DNA of 64,000 nt from Oikopleura dioica. Lineage: Eukaryota > Animalia > Chordata. This document shows, in pieces, positions 23,429-37,500 of the stretch. Position 1 is the first letter of the stretch. The number at the start of each line of letters is the position of its first letter. The DNA lies in the NCBI GenBank assembly GCA_907165135.1, contig OU015566.1, forward strand, positions 10,726,001 through 10,790,000. Direction: 5' to 3'. Under the pieces are notes generated by a model that was not told where the DNA came from, did no database searches, and worked only from the letters and a program-made list of their open reading frames with translations. Made by a program: the position numbers and the translations under genes.

Positions 23429-26166
23429 TCATTCAGTTGATCTTTCTATTTTGTGTTTCTGTCGCGCTCTTCTTGGATTCTTCTTACTGCGTCTCAGACT
23501 AAATACTTGGTTTACTCAAGAAGGTTAGAAATCAATTACCTTCTTCGATTATTATTTCGAGATCGTCTATTGGAAAAGGCTCTATTTCCATATTCTATCT
23601 CTTCCTTGCATTTCGTTCCTTGGCAATTGAAAAGCTTATCTTTTAATCCCGGCAGTCGTTCCTTGAGCTTGTTGAACTTTCCCGGTCTGCTTTTGAGGGG
23701 ACTGTCGGGAATCGTCTCTTCATCCTGATTGATATACGTCACTTCTCAAGGTCTTATGTTTACGACTTACAAGATTCCAAAGGTTTAACTCTGCGTTCTT
23801 ATCTGTCTCAAGGTCGTAAAACTCTTGTTCGCCAGTTATAAACTCGCAATACAGGTAGTTTTCCCTCTCGTTTTCCTCTTGTGACAGATGACGAAGGCAG
23901 AAAAATGTTCCGTTGGAAGCATTGATACAGTAGCATTGCTCGTCGCGATCCCATTTCGGGTGGGTCTGGAAGGTCTGATCATCAACACTAAGGGATGAAT
24001 TTTATATCTATTTCGCATTGTCAAGTTTTACGTAAAACAAGCCATTCCTCGTTGTTTGCAGTCGCCACCTTTTCGTTTTCCACGCTTATTATGCTGATTC
24101 CGAATGCTCTTGTGGAAATCTCTCATATCTTTGTACTGTGATCTTTCCTTGTCAAGCTCGTTTTTCATCTGATTTACAGGATTTTTTCTTCGCTGTGGTG
24201 AAGAGATATGCTTTGAAGATGTTGTTTTCTGACGCTTTTCACAGGTGCAACTTTTTTGGGGAACATCACAAAAATTTGACTTGAAGGTCATTGGAAAGTG
24301 CTAAATGGAAAATTGATAGACTGATTGATGGTCTGTTCTTACTCTACCGCTGGGCTAAATATAGCTCTTCGCGAGCGCGCTCTGCGAGCACAATGAGCTT
24401 GATGTCTTTTGTAGCATTCGTAGCAACAGCAGAACTCCTTTCCATCGGCAGACAAGGTAATTCCCAATTTTGGTGGGTTTTTGCACTTTGAGATTTTCCA
24501 CTCGTCGCCTTCTTTTGTACAGTAATGGGTTTGTTTTGGCTGGCAAGATTGACCATCGATGGGTGTTTGCATCTTTTTCCTCCTGCAAAGCTGAGAAAGG
24601 TACTCTTGCTTGTTTGGTTTGCTGAAAAGCATGTTGTTGGGGAATTTGCCTCGCTCAATAAGGAAGTATTTTCGCCATTTTCTTGGATCCTGTGTGCCTT
24701 TAGCAACTTTGAGAATCGATGTTCCATCAAGATCTCGTTCTGCCTCTTTCTTGAATCCAGCAATATCAAGAATAGTAGGCATCAAATCGATGTTGAGAAC
24801 GATTTCTTCTCTTAACTCTCCTCGGGGAATAGACGGTCCTCTCATGTAGAATGGAATACGACTATCGAAATCGTACGGAAGTGCTTTTCCTTTGACTACT
24901 CCGAATTGGCCAAGATGATAGCCGTGGTCGGATGTGTACATAAAGTAAGTATTGTCCATCTGATTTCTTGCTTCGACGGCCTTCATGATACTTTCGATGC
25001 CATTGTCAACGGAAAAAAGGGTTTGAAGTCGTCTTCGTTGTAGCAAGTCTGTGAAATGACCATCGTCCTGAGATAACAATTGTTATGAAAACCCGTAACT
25101 ATGATCTTACTTCATTCATTTCTTTCTGCGACGCTATGAACCAATGTTTTTCGCCGGGCTGCCAGCTGGTTTTGTTGAAAACCAGATCCCTGTGGGCGCC
25201 GAGAATTCCCTGCTGAAATTCATTTGGCTGGTCGTAAACATGACGATAGTCAGGGTGCGCATCTTCCGGCCCATGAGGAGCTGGAAAGTTCAAAACCATC
25301 AATAAAGGCTCGGCATCATCGGCGTGTGTCTCGAAGTACTCAAGCGCTAGACAAATATATTATATAATCTGAAAGGAAACCTTACCATTATCAACGATGA
25401 CATCTGTGAAATATTCTTCGGGCTTGTCACCGAAGCTGTGCAGTTGCAGTCCACTTCTTTTCTCTTTATCAAAATCTGCGACCTAAATCACCTGTAAAAG
25501 TCCAGAGGAATCTAAGATCGTTGAGCTAACCTAATATTGGCTAAATAATGCAAATACAATATTGATCATTTTGAGTATTATATAGCCAACTTGTAATTGT
25601 AGTATCGCGAGTTTCCTCTCAGCGCAAACCATTTGCTCCAACCCTTTGGCACGTACGTTCCATTGTATTCATTGAGATACTTGCCAAAGAAAGCAGTCTT
25701 GTAGTCTTTTTCTTGAAGTTTAGCACCGTATGTCCGAGGCTCAAACTTTTCAATCCACTCAGCTCCTGTGCAGTTTTCATTGTTCGTCATCACATGATGA
25801 TTGTGAGCGTAAAGTCCTTTGGGGTAATTTTACATTTCATAAAAAAATTTTTACGAACCGGTTAACATGCTGCTACGCGAAGGACAGCAGGTTGGTGTTG
25901 TTGTGAATGCATTGTTGAATTTAACACCCTTATCAATCAGATGCTCTTGAGTCTTCACCATGACATCTGAAGAAGCATAACAGATGTTTTTATCATAGAC
26001 AACCGATAGAACTACCTTGAGATCTGAGTTGAACATCTTGATCATCAAGCACGAAAATGATAATATTTGGTCGTTTTCCATTTTGAAAACGACTATTGCC
26101 ATTGTGACCTGAATTTCTGGTTCTCTTTGCAGTCACCAAACTGACCAAAAGAAGCAAATTTTTCAT
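23429..26166 (-). CDS. SULF1: Extracellular heparan-sulfate 6-O-endosulfatase (SULF1/2 family)
   Basis: Signal peptide, RPNIIIFVLDDQD, TTPTCCPSRSSMLTG, FFGKYLNEYNG, APHGPED, RRRLQTL, YTSDHGYHLGQFG..KGK, basic hydrophilic domain. Confidence 0.92.
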
Positions 26167-27328
26167 ATCTTCAGTGTTCGTTCAATTAGCTCTCATGTCT
26201 GAGCGTTCCGGTCGGTCCTTTTTTTCTCGACTGCCTTTTGAAACTAATTGAAAAGGAGCAAAATGAGGTTCGATCAGCTTCGATCAATTTTCGCCATCTT
26301 CTCTGGGGCGATTCAGTAAATTAGCTCAGGGCAAACAAACCTAGAGCACCGTCTTAATTATTCATCCTCTGAGAGTCATATGCCGTGCCCAAACCGATGA
26401 CGCGACTTTTTTTTTCAGTTTTGGCAAGTCTCAGTGGGTCAAATGTAAATCTTCTTTGAAAAGATTTCATCTTAGATAGTTTCATCTTCGAAGTAGAAAT
26501 TGGTCGTTTCTCTGAGACGTAATCCTCGACGAGATTTTCATGGAACCAGAATAATATAAGCAAATCGCATAGGAAATTTGGCTAAGGAGTCGTTTATCAG
26601 ATAATCAATCAGTCCGGTCACCGGAACTGAAACCAACCACGGTGGCTGGGCCGACGCGTGTCTGACAAAATAATCGGCGCTAGGTCTTAATTTACCGTTG
26701 CTTCCAAAGATGAAGCTTATTAGTGAAGAGGGAATATAAACTGCTAAATCAAGGGCAAGTGTTTGAACGGAAGGATCTGTTCAGAACAGGCCGGAAGACA
26801 AAAGGAGACTTGACTCTTCTTTTCAAGAAAATTGTGAAGCATGCTACCGTACCGCCCCTAAATAGATCATTTTTTCGACAGATTTCGTTCCCATCGCAAA
26901 GATACTCAAAATTTATAAAGACTTTATTCTTTATTGAAGACTTTTTAATTTGGAAATAATCGTAGATGGCTTGAAATTGAAGTTTTTCGAGTCAGCGGAA
27001 AATTTCGGGGTCTCTGAATTCGATAACTGCTGGATAATCAGCCAGATCAAATAAAAAAGAGCAAAATGTCCATTTGTCTTCGCAAACAAAAATGTGTGAC
27101 TTTCAGAGTTCCACTAGAACTCGCAGTATCTACCACCCTATCTTCCCGGGCCGTGGGACAGAGCGACAGTACAGTACGGTTGTTCAGCTTTGTCTCAAAG
27201 TGGATACACAGAGAGAAAGCAATTCAGAGATAATGGTTGTCAAATAACAGAGTTGCTTATAACGATCGCCAGATTTTTAGATTGAGAAGTATTAAAAGGT
27301 CAACGAGGCAAATTGAAACCAAGAGAAT

Positions 27329-29239
27329 ATGACTTCTTCACTGAAAGCTTTTGCCCCAGGAAAGTTCTTTCTGATCCTTAGAAAAAAAATTCTTCGCGAA
27401 ATAATTAAGAACTTATAAGACCCTTACTTCGTTCCCGGCTATGGAGGATACGTCCCACAACAAGCCTTTCGATACTCGAAATCCTATGGACGAACCACCC
27501 ATGATATCCTCAATGACAAAGGAGTAAGAAGAAGCAAGACCTCTGTTTTAGACAATCTCCAGGCTCCATCTACTGAGCCGGTACGTTCCTTGAAGTGATG
27601 TTTCATTGTCGCCAAAATAGAGAAAACTCCCTGATAACGGAAATAATTCGAAAAATCATAGCGCGACTCCGGAAAGATTTCGGGTTACACCGGACACGTT
27701 CCCGTTTCTCGGCAGTATTTTGGACGGAGCTTTGTGCCCAAGGTGAACTTGTCAACATCCGTCTTTATTCAGCGTCGCCATAACGAGGAAGACCTTAGGT
27801 AAGTGATTCTATCAAATTATAGCGCTCCTGTTTGTCTATTCCTCCAAAAAACTGATTGTCTGATGGGTCTTAAAATTGATTGTTATCAGAAAACGGCAAT
27901 TCGAAGCTCCCCTACATCGGCTAGAACGATCCCAGTCGACGATTCTGCCCCAACTTGAACCAAAAACGTAAGTAAAAAATTTTAAAGGAACAAACACACG
28001 TCGCTAGATAAAAGCTATCTTATGTTTCCTAAAGTACTTCATCTGTTTCTGTTCCCGATCTTGGAGTCATATCTGGCTACACTGGCTTCGTCCCGCGAAT
28101 TCAACATCGTTTTGCGAAGTCTTATCTCAACAGGTACGTTCACAATAAACGACCACGCCCTGTTTTTGTTAGTATTCGCTTTATTCTGGTTGAATTTTTA
28201 CAGTAAGAACCTTACATCGCTAAATTTACTCGGCACACGGTGAGGCGGAATAATTTGCTCTCGAGGATTTCTTTCTCGTCGAGAAGTTTTCGGAGCTTGT
28301 CTTCGTCCGCTTCGCGTTTCGGGGTTGAAGCTCGGTCCGAATTCTTGATCATCGATTCAGTAAGGGCGTCTGCTTCTTTTGTCACTTCAAAAAGTCAAAA
28401 AAGATTTTTGGAAAAAGTGTTTCTTTTCTCGAAAAATTTCTGACTCGTTCCTGTCTCGAGCTTGCTTTCAAGCTCCTCGATTTCTTTCTTTTTCTCTGGC
28501 GATGGATTCATTTTGTCCTTCATCCAGGCGCTAAAATCAGCCGGATCCATTGATTTTTCTGTTGTAGTTTTCCTTGCTTTCTTATTTTCTGGCGGGGATC
28601 CGGCATTTTTCTCGCCATTTTCGTCAAGTTTGACCATCATAAAAAATCTCGACATTTTGCACTGCTGGTGACTGGTTGTTATACTCCTCGTTTGGGACAC
28701 CTGGACTGAGGAGAGGGGGTGAGACGGCGATTTATACAGATTTTTGCCTGAATCAAACCATTTTGTTTGTTGAAAATGGTTCAGTTCCGACAAAAGTAGA
28801 GCACGTTATTGATGGTAAACAAACAGCATAAACCTGAATAGATTCTCTCTTACTTTGGGTACGCCGAACGAGGATTATTTTCGCTATTATCGTATTTTTT
28901 TTTTATAATTTTTGAGTATCTAATCGTTGACAACGATTCGTGGGTGAGTCATCTTGTAGACATCATCAACGTTTTACACATAGCCTTATTACTTTTAAAT
29001 TGAATGTTTTTAGAGTGGATGAAGCACGAAATCTGCCGCGAAAGATTGTCCTCTCCGACGTAAAATTGAACGGTCACAATTTCAGAATTTACAAAGAGTA
29101 AATGATTAGCGAGCGATAGAAGATCCACTGATTGACATTTAGAGACGGTCTGATCCCAAAGTACACAGGATTCGTGCCCGGGAAGCGATTTGAACACGCG
29201 AGGACTTATGGAAACACAACAAGAAGTCTTGCGGCATAA
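27329..29239 (+). CDS. FAM166/CIMIP2-like ciliary microtubule inner protein
   Basis: Repeated motifs PGYGGYVP..YGRTTH, ISGYTGHVP, ISGYTGFVPR, IPKYTGFVPG..TYG; first intron GA-AG 27360-27419. Confidence 0.85.
28140..28654 (-). CDS. Orphan charged/coiled-coil protein nested antisense in a FAM166-like intron
   Basis: Three GT-AG-joined exons: ...MDPADFSAWMKDKMNPSPEKKKEIEELESKLETGT / MTKEADALTESM...KLFRLTVCRVNLA / IKRILTKTGRGRLL-stop; start uncertain. Confidence 0.6.
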
Positions 29240-29522
29240 TTTTCTTGCTATACATATTTTTGTAAACTCGAGTTCTAAATATATTATATTTTCCTAACTC
29301 AGAAGCTTCTTGGATTTCAGTCGGAATTGTGGATTATTTATTTTAGTCAAAAAATGTATCAAAATTATGAAACAAAATCAGCGCATTCAGATACAATAGG
29401 TGTAGTTAAGTTAAATGATGATTTACAGTGAAATTTTTGCACGGACTGCACTGTCATTAAATATTATAAGCAAATCTTCAAGATACAGTCTCAATTCGAT
29501 GGGCTCACAAAAGCAATGGCGA

Positions 29523-30540
29523 TTAGTTGAAGAGTTTCAAAAGAACTGTTGCGATAAAAAGTGTGTTGCAAATTTGCAACTGCGCTCCAGAGTTCCATTC
29601 TGGATCAACGACCTTCTCTCCTTTGACGACGGAGTCAGCCACAACTTCTTGATCCGGGACGAAAACGGATCCTCCATCAAGGTTTTCCGAGGCCAATGTT
29701 TGAGTGAGAGCGTCCTTCACTTCTTTTTCAACTGTCGCCTGAACGCTGGATTGCAAATCGTCGCTGAGAACTTCGGTTCTTTTGGAAACAAAGGGAACCA
29801 AGAAAGTCACATCTGTCGTCGATGAGCCTGTTTGTCGGCGAGTTCGGCTAAATTCTTGATTATTAGTTGAACTTTTGAAAACCACATTTTGACAGCTTCG
29901 CACGGTTTAAACCATAAAAGGAAGTCTTCGAAATAACAATCAAAGAATCAATTGAAGCGCTTATCTATTGAGAATATACTATTGTCCTGCATAAATTTAC
30001 GAGTAGTAATCCCGTAATGACGCTTTTGGCAGAGATCGGGGACTTGAAACCGTGGGAAGATTGTCGGCTTTTGTCGGATTTCGTCTACGTCAATGTCCGA
30101 TAAATGCCATTTTTTACCTTGCTTCAGAAAACGTAACATCAATTTCTTCTTGATTGTATTCTGAGTCAGTCGTTTCAGCAACATCGTCGAAAACTGATGT
30201 TATTTCGGAAAGAACAGCTTCTTTCTTCTCCGCGTATGCACTGGAGGTTTTGTTTTCAAGGGCGGAATCGAACTCGATTTCTGTTTTCAGTGTCGTTTCG
30301 ACGGTTGTTGTGATCTGATTTGGTTTGAGCTCTGTTTTTTCAAATTAAGTGTACCTTAGATTGGAAATCATCAACCGGCCCCGAACCCTCAACATCATCT
30401 GCTTGTCGTTCAATTCTTGATCTTCTACCAATAGCTGTAACACTGTTGTCAAAGATTGGCCCTCCAAGAGACTCCTCCAGGACTTCGACTGCATGAACTA
30501 TCCCAACAAAAAGGAGGAAAATATTTGATAACATTCTCAT
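29523..30540 (-). CDS. Ser-Gly + SEA-like + GPI-signal protein, paralogue A (3 exons)
   Basis: Signal peptide, DDVEGSG, FDSALENKTSSAY, RTRRQ, EWNSG plus hydrophobic tail. Confidence 0.8.
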
Positions 30541-30797
30541 CTCTTGGCTTTATAAATAGTTCTTTAAAAGTAAAGAAATGGTAAGTATACGAAGCAACAT
30601 CAGCTTTATAAAAATGAAATTTTATGAGGAGGTCGCCAAGGCGCTCTTATTTTTCAGTAGTCCTTGCGTTTTGAGACTTTTGAGACTTATATATAATGAT
30701 ATGAGTTGCTAGGAAAAACTCCATTTTATGAAGGAATAAAAAAATGGAATGCATTATTGATTAAAATTTTGATTTCATTTTTATTTCGATTTTCTAT

Positions 30798-31606
30798 TTA
30801 GACGGAGATCAACAGCAAAACAAAGGCCAGTAATGAAAAAGTAAGCTGAATGTTGACATCCGAGTTCCATACAGTGAGATCATAAGATTCGGTTGTTGTT
30901 GCAAAAGTAACATTCTGTGGATCGAAGCATAAGTTTTCGGTGCCTTGAAGCTTTTCCTCCAGTTCTTCTTTGAAGGTATTAACGATATTGTTTTTAACTG
31001 TTGACTTCAATTCATCAGATAGAGACTCAGTAGATTCATGAAGAAAGGTCATGGAAAGGCAGGCTTGATAAAAATTCTCGAAGTGTGGATGACGTTTTGT
31101 GCGTAAAGGACTACAATTATATTACTCAATTTGAATTATTCTTGATTCACCTGATCACGGTGAAATAGACGTCAAAATCATCTTGCTCATATGAAGAATC
31201 TGTGATGACCGCAGTTTGCTCGAAGCAAGATTTAAATTGTTCAAGGATTTGTAAACTTTGACGGATGTATTCGTCCGAGCTTTTGTTCAGCAGATCTCCT
31301 TCGAGCTCACAGCTCAACTCAAGGCAGGTCGATATTGTCACTTTAATCTACGAGGATAGATAATGAAAATTCTTAAGGGTATAGCACCTCCGAAACAATT
31401 TCACCATCTGATCCATCTCCACATCCATCTCCAGAGATTTCTTCCACCTCATGCCGTAGATCACTCTCAATTCTTTCTATATTTCTTTCATAGGCTCTCT
31501 CGACTCTTTTATCTTGAGGATTCTCAATGCCCAGATGGTCCTCGAGAATCGTTGTTTCTCCGGCTGAAGACCCAAAAATTAAGAGAAATCTGTAGATCCA
31601 GCTCAT
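30798..31606 (-). CDS. Ser-Gly + SEA-like + GPI-signal protein, paralogue B (3 exons)
   Basis: Signal peptide, EISGDGCGDGS, LEGDLLNKSSDEY, RTKR, YDLTVWNS plus hydrophobic tail. Confidence 0.8.
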
Positions 31607-31875
31607 AATTTTCCTCTGAGTTTGAGTTGAAATGGATATTTTCTTTCTAGCGAGTACCTCTCTATTTCATTATTGAAACGAAATTAGATAGACCTCATTT
31701 GAATGAAATCTTTTTCGAGTTTATTCAAACTCGTGAGATGCTATTAAATAATTTACTCACTGCTAACAGTGATAACCAAAAGCGCTGATCTTTAGAAAAA
31801 TAGTAGAAAATTTATTACATATCGTCATTAGCAGAAACCTCGGACAAGTGTTCAATGTACAGTAGTCGATTTAAA

Positions 31876-33544
31876 TTAGTTGAGAAGCCCTAGAGCGAGA
31901 AGAGCGGCAAAGATCGTGCTGCACATCTTCAACTGTGCACCAGCATTCCACTCGGTCAAGTCGTAACCAGTAGATGTTTCTGTAGCAGTGATTTGCTGAC
32001 CAGCGGTAAGCAAAGAGCCGGTGTTAGGAGCATCGGTGTAGTCTTGAACTGTCGATTCGGTTTGAGCACGGACTTGCTCACTGACTTGATCCTGGAGTGC
32101 AGGAGTGAATGCTTCTGTTCGCTTGCTTATGAACTTTTGCGAAACTGTTCCCTTCATTTTTCGGACCTCGTCTTGTCGTCTTTTCCGTCTGAGATTATTA
32201 TTAGTACACAATAAAAATGTTTCAACGACGAAGATTCTGATTTAACTACCGGCTGTCTATTATTTATCAGCCCAATCGTAATATTTATGAGATTATTTAG
32301 CCCAATATCTCTAGCTTTTTGGTTAACAAATTAGTATTATAGTTAGGCTTACCGGACTGAAATTCGGCCAATTTTTCTAGGGTAGTCGGGGGGTCCTATG
32401 ACACATATTTGGAATTCTCAAACGCTGGGCTTTCATTTGAGCCCAAAATCAAGGGGTCTGGGCATGCCTGAAAGCCGAATTTTGGGACCGGAAGTTCCCA
32501 AATAGGCACTAGAACTCTTCGATCGATATTTTCGATGGGTTTGGGATCTCAAGAGCAATGGAAAGTAGATAAATAGAAAGTGTAGACTCTGAACTTTCTT
32601 TAGAGCCATTAAAATCTTGCCGCCCTTGGGTTTAACGCCCTCTAGTGGCCAGAGAACTTGGAAATATGGGTATTTTTCGACAGAAACTCGGAAAAAATGA
32701 GAAAAAAACCTCCAAGATCAACCGTGATTCAATTTTCTAAGACTTATTTATTGTTTATAGTTAGTTAAAAAACGAAATAAGTAGGTTTAGAATTCGAAAA
32801 TTTTGAGTCGAAACCTGAAGTTTCCAGACTAAAACACTGCCAAGGTCAACTTCTAGGGCCACTAGAGGGCGCTAGACCAACGGGCGGCAAAATTTTATTG
32901 GCTCTAAAGAAAGCTCAGAGTCTAAGCTTTCTATTTCACCTATTTTTCAAAGCTCTTGATATCCCAAACCCATCGTAAAAACCGGAAGAAGAGTTCTTGT
33001 CCCGAATTTGGAACTTCCGGTCCCATAATTTGCCTTCCGGGCATGACCCAAACCCCTTGATATGGTGCCCAAATGAAAGCCCAGCTTCTGGGCTCTCTAA
33101 CACTGTATCATATGACCCCCCAACTAAGCTAGAAATATGGGCCGAAATTTAGTCCGGTAAGCCTAATTATAGTACTATATTAATTCTTTTGACGTTTACC
33201 TTGCGCTATCAACCTCGGCGAAAGTGACATCGAAGCTGTTTGGTTCGAGCTCCGAGTCGGTAACTTCTGCGGCCTCTAAGAATGAAGGTTCAAGCTCTTC
33301 GTAAAGAAGTCCCTTCTTGGTTGCATAAGCAGCTGACTCTTTGTCCTCAAGATCTGCGTCGTAGTCGATCTCGGTTTGAAGTTCCATTTCTACCGTTGTG
33401 ACGATCTAAGTCTTTGAATAGCCTGGCCATGATGGAGAGTCTTACCTCGGATTGAATGTCATCGACATCACCAGAGCCAGATCCTTCCCCACTCTGGGCA
33501 AAGACAGCGGCAAAAAAGAAAGACAAAAACTTGAAGAGCTTCAT
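31876..33544 (-). CDS. Ser-Gly + SEA-like + GPI-signal protein, paralogue C (3 exons; MITE in intron 2)
   Basis: Signal peptide, QSGEGSGSGDVDD, YDADLEDKESAAY, RRKRRQ, YDLTEWNAG plus hydrophobic tail. Confidence 0.82.
32332..33177. mobile_element. Palindromic foldback MITE in an intron
   Basis: TTAGGCTTACCGGACT.AAATT ... AAATTTAGTCCGGTAAGCCTAA; arms complementary for about 330 bp; shares internal sequence with 6690-6790. Confidence 0.88.
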
Positions 33545-33805
33545 TCTATCTCTTAGGATTCTTCAGAATGCTCGTCTTGTCATCAATTTGGGTACTCGAT
33601 AAAAGTGCCAAGAGGTCGCTGTTTTAGGTGATACTCGTAATTTGATAAATTTGATCGATACATGCCGGGATTTATGACCTACCAAAGTACCTAGTGCATT
33701 TTTGTACATTGTTTTGTTCTTCCCAGACTTTTAAGCGTTGAAATTGAACAAAGACTTTATTTAAATTATAAAAAGTTGCAGCCATATTTACAAAGTTGTC
33801 TAGTC

Positions 33806-34589
33806 TCAGAAAACAAAATTAATATTAATTAGACAGATAAAACTCAGAGAAATTTGCAAGGGGCTTGCCCCATTCCACCTCGTTAGGTCAAAGCTCTGAC
33901 GAGAAGAGGAAAATCTGAAGTCTGGATCGGACGATAACAGACTACCTTCTGGTAGACCATCTTCAACCATGTCGTTAAGAGTAGTTATGGTTGTTTCACG
34001 CAACTGATCTTCAAGTTGTTGTTCCATTTCGTCGCTGAGCATTTCTGTGGAGTCGACCTTGAAGGGGATTGTAATGATGGCTTTCATCGAAGGCGAGGTT
34101 GATTGTCGGAGCTCTCCACTAGAAATGGATGTTAATCAAAGTTTTTATGTTTTTTCTTCTAACCTGGTTTCTTCAAAATCAACATCGATAGAAGCGAATA
34201 AGAGATCAGCAGCTTCTATGCTCGCGACATTTTCGAGTTTGATTCGGAGCTCTTCAAGAAGTTCAGCCTTTTTGAGAAGATATTCTTCAGATTCCTTGTT
34301 TTTGAGTCCTTGACTGAATGGAATTCTTGTGTTCATCTCGACCCGGACGAATACGTCAAGCTAAAAGGAAAAATAAGGATTCGAAGAAAAATTGAACGCT
34401 TACTCTTTCAACTGGAGGAGGAATATCAGGACTTCCAGAGCCCTCTTCGTCGTCGAACTCAGCTTGTCTTACTCTTCTCTTTAGAACTCTTCTGCCGTCC
34501 CAGGTTTCTTCTATCTCAATATATTGGCGAGTATCTTCGGCTGCTGCGCAAAATTGAAATAGGGCGAAAAATATTAATAAAGTGTTCAT
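33806..34589 (-). CDS. Ser-Gly + SEA-like + GPI-signal protein, paralogue D (3 exons)
   Basis: Signal peptide, KRRVRQ, DDEEGSGS, FSQGLKNKESEEY, FDLTRWNG plus hydrophobic tail. Confidence 0.8.
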
Positions 34590-37500
34590 TTTTTTTGATA
34601 GTGATGAAAAGGTTTGGCAATATGGGAAAAGTTGCTTGTATTTATGTGCGATGTGTCGTCAGGAGGTCGCTCCATGGGAGGGATTCTAGTCCAAATCAGC
34701 ACTCTTTTATGAGCAGGATGATTTGAAAGGGCATTTATCGCTACGTAACAAGGGAGCTATCAGCGGAATACATACGTATCATAACTACGGTGATTGAGTG
34801 AGCCGTGATGCAAATAAGCTCTTAAGTTTACGGGGTCAACTGACCGACAATTGCTAGCGTTAGTAATCGTCTAAAATTATGAAAATAGAGTGAAGCTTAT
34901 AAATTGACGAAAGGATATCTTATGTTGGAAAGAGTTTGTTCCTATGAATTTAAAATAGTGTACTACGGAAACAGTGTACCGGTATTTATGAAACAAACCA
35001 AAAAGAATGCTCTAATGCTGATCAATGATTTGTTGTATTGATAGTTACTCTTTTGGAACATATGATTTGTTAAATATGTTAGCGCTAGCTTTTTATTCTC
35101 AATACCAGCGATGATCCGTGACATCAACAATACAACATTGCTATCTTGCCTTATTTAGAAATACCACGGGTGACATTTTCTATCCTACAACGGGGATCAA
35201 CTAGACGCCAGGAAGCTCAACTCGTCGAGAGCAAACTATTCGAAGTTCTCATCTTTTACTATTCCCAGATGACCAAGTGACGTCTCAGGAAATCGTCACG
35301 GACGGACGATTAACGATGTTTGTGGACTCGAATAAAATTTTTTTTCCGACGTCATCATGGGCTATAAAATGTTTCGTTGATTTCTACGTCAGAAAGTATA
35401 CGTCTTTTATTTTTCTAAGCCGATGCAGCAGATCATTCAAGCTAATCGTAAAATGGTCAGAATAGGAAGTAATAAATTTAAGTATTTTTATCCCCTGCCA
35501 AGTAGGTTTTTATCGGATAAATTAAAGACAATTTCTTATCATTCAATCTTGGTTTAACTTCTGAGAATTTTGGTTATGCGAATCAATAGAACGAAACCAA
35601 GCAAAAACAAATTATAACCTCAGAAGATGCTCATGGCTAGTAAAGCGTGTGAACTTCTTATTGTTTTAAGTAAATACCCTTATGGTCATAAAAATCTCGT
35701 TTTTCTGAACCTCACTTCTGTAAAGACTCAAATTTAGGAAACCATCGTAATTTCTTGAAGGAACGTACTTTTTGTGGGAAAGATATTTCGCACCTTGATA
35801 TGGGAAGAATTTTCCTAATGTAAGATTTCATTGCCCAGTGACGCGGTCGACTTTCGTTAGCAGATATGATAAATTTTGGAAGAACGGAACTGGTCGATAT
35901 TTAATCATTATTGAGAAAAAAAGCATCAAAACTGAAAGAAACAAAGGTTTATATTTCAGCGCAAGATAGATAGGCCCGACAAGAATAAAGCTGACAGAAG
36001 AGGACTTTTGATTACTTTGTATAACTCTAGTCACTTTGCAGCGGCGCACAGCTGATCATCGGCAGCTCTCACTACGTCTCTGGAATCTCTTCGTAACTTG
36101 AAGCGCTGAAATAATAATTTTTAACTTGCTCAAGAGAGATCGTTGTAATCAATCCCCTTTGATTTGGGCGATGGGTTCTGCAATCTTGGATTTTTAGTTG
36201 ACGTCTTTTACCGGACATTTTATATAAAGAAGGGTTAACATAAATGAGGGCTTACCTGATTGAGTCTCCAATATCAATTGACATCCTCTAAACGAACTCG
36301 TTAGCTATCTCCGCAATCGCGAAAATTTGGGCTAATGCGCGCTTAAAAACTTGAGGAAAATCAGGCTTCTGGCCACGTTGCCCTTCGTGGAGCCAAAACT
36401 TCCTGGCGTATATCGCGCCTCGGATAAGTCAACTGGACCCAGCTGGGAGTCTAGCTCTTGGCTGGGCTTAGACTTCCTGGAAGTCCGATTCCGTTTCTAC
36501 GGCACTTACCTCGTTACATATTAAGACGGTCGCTCTTCGTTGATTTTCGGTCTTTTGACGGATGATGGTTTTTTTGTAAGATCAAGTTTACGACTGTTTC
36601 TAAGAAGGCGACAAACTAGTTGGCTGATTAGGAAGGACGCAAATATTTTCTATGGGATGCAAATTAATAGCGGCAGCAGTGATTTACATGTTAGGCGCCG
36701 GGTGACACTCGACAATGATCGATTATTTTGATACCAGGACATTTCTTGTTTCATTAAACGCTCCACTCTTGTCAAACCTTAAGCTTTCTTCAACACAAGG
36801 TCATGATTGTTCTTTCTTCTCTGACCTACTTGATCAATCATTCGTGTCAAAGAAAATCTTTTTTGATGAGAAATGATTTATTATAATTTTTAATAAAGAT
36901 GGTTTTCGAGTCAGATTATAATCGACTCCGACCGGTCGCATAAGAAAAAGAAAGCGGGTCAGGGCGACGTGTTTCGAGGTAATCATGATTTCAAGGGCAG
37001 CCCTTAAAATTCGATTTGAAACAGTATTTGCTCCGCAAAAAAAACGTTTAATTTTAATTGAAACGGAGCCCTGCTCCATCACTTTTTACCCGTCGGAAAT
37101 GAGAGCGCCCCTGACACGTTGTTACGTATCAGAATACCGCTAGAATTTTCTGAAGACACCATCCGTTGTTAAGTTGGCTACTTTTTCGCTTAGCCTGAGC
37201 ATTTTTCGCGCTTCGACGAGGTTTTCTTGCTTCTTCTTGTTTGCTGTTTGGAGTTGATACCTAGCTTTAAAAACAAAAGCAACTTGGGGATAAGGGCTAT
37301 CAAAGGATAGAAAAGGCTCCCTATCTTAGTTCTAGGGGCGAAACCAAAACTGGGAAAGTTGGGATTGATAAACGTGCTCTCGAGAAAACGCCGAATAGTA
37401 GTATCTTAGAAGGATGAGCGGAGACAGGGTTCTTTTCACATAGAAATTGCTTTTTAGTCTGGAGAAAATGAACTATAAACTCCTCCCTTTGATGGCTTCT

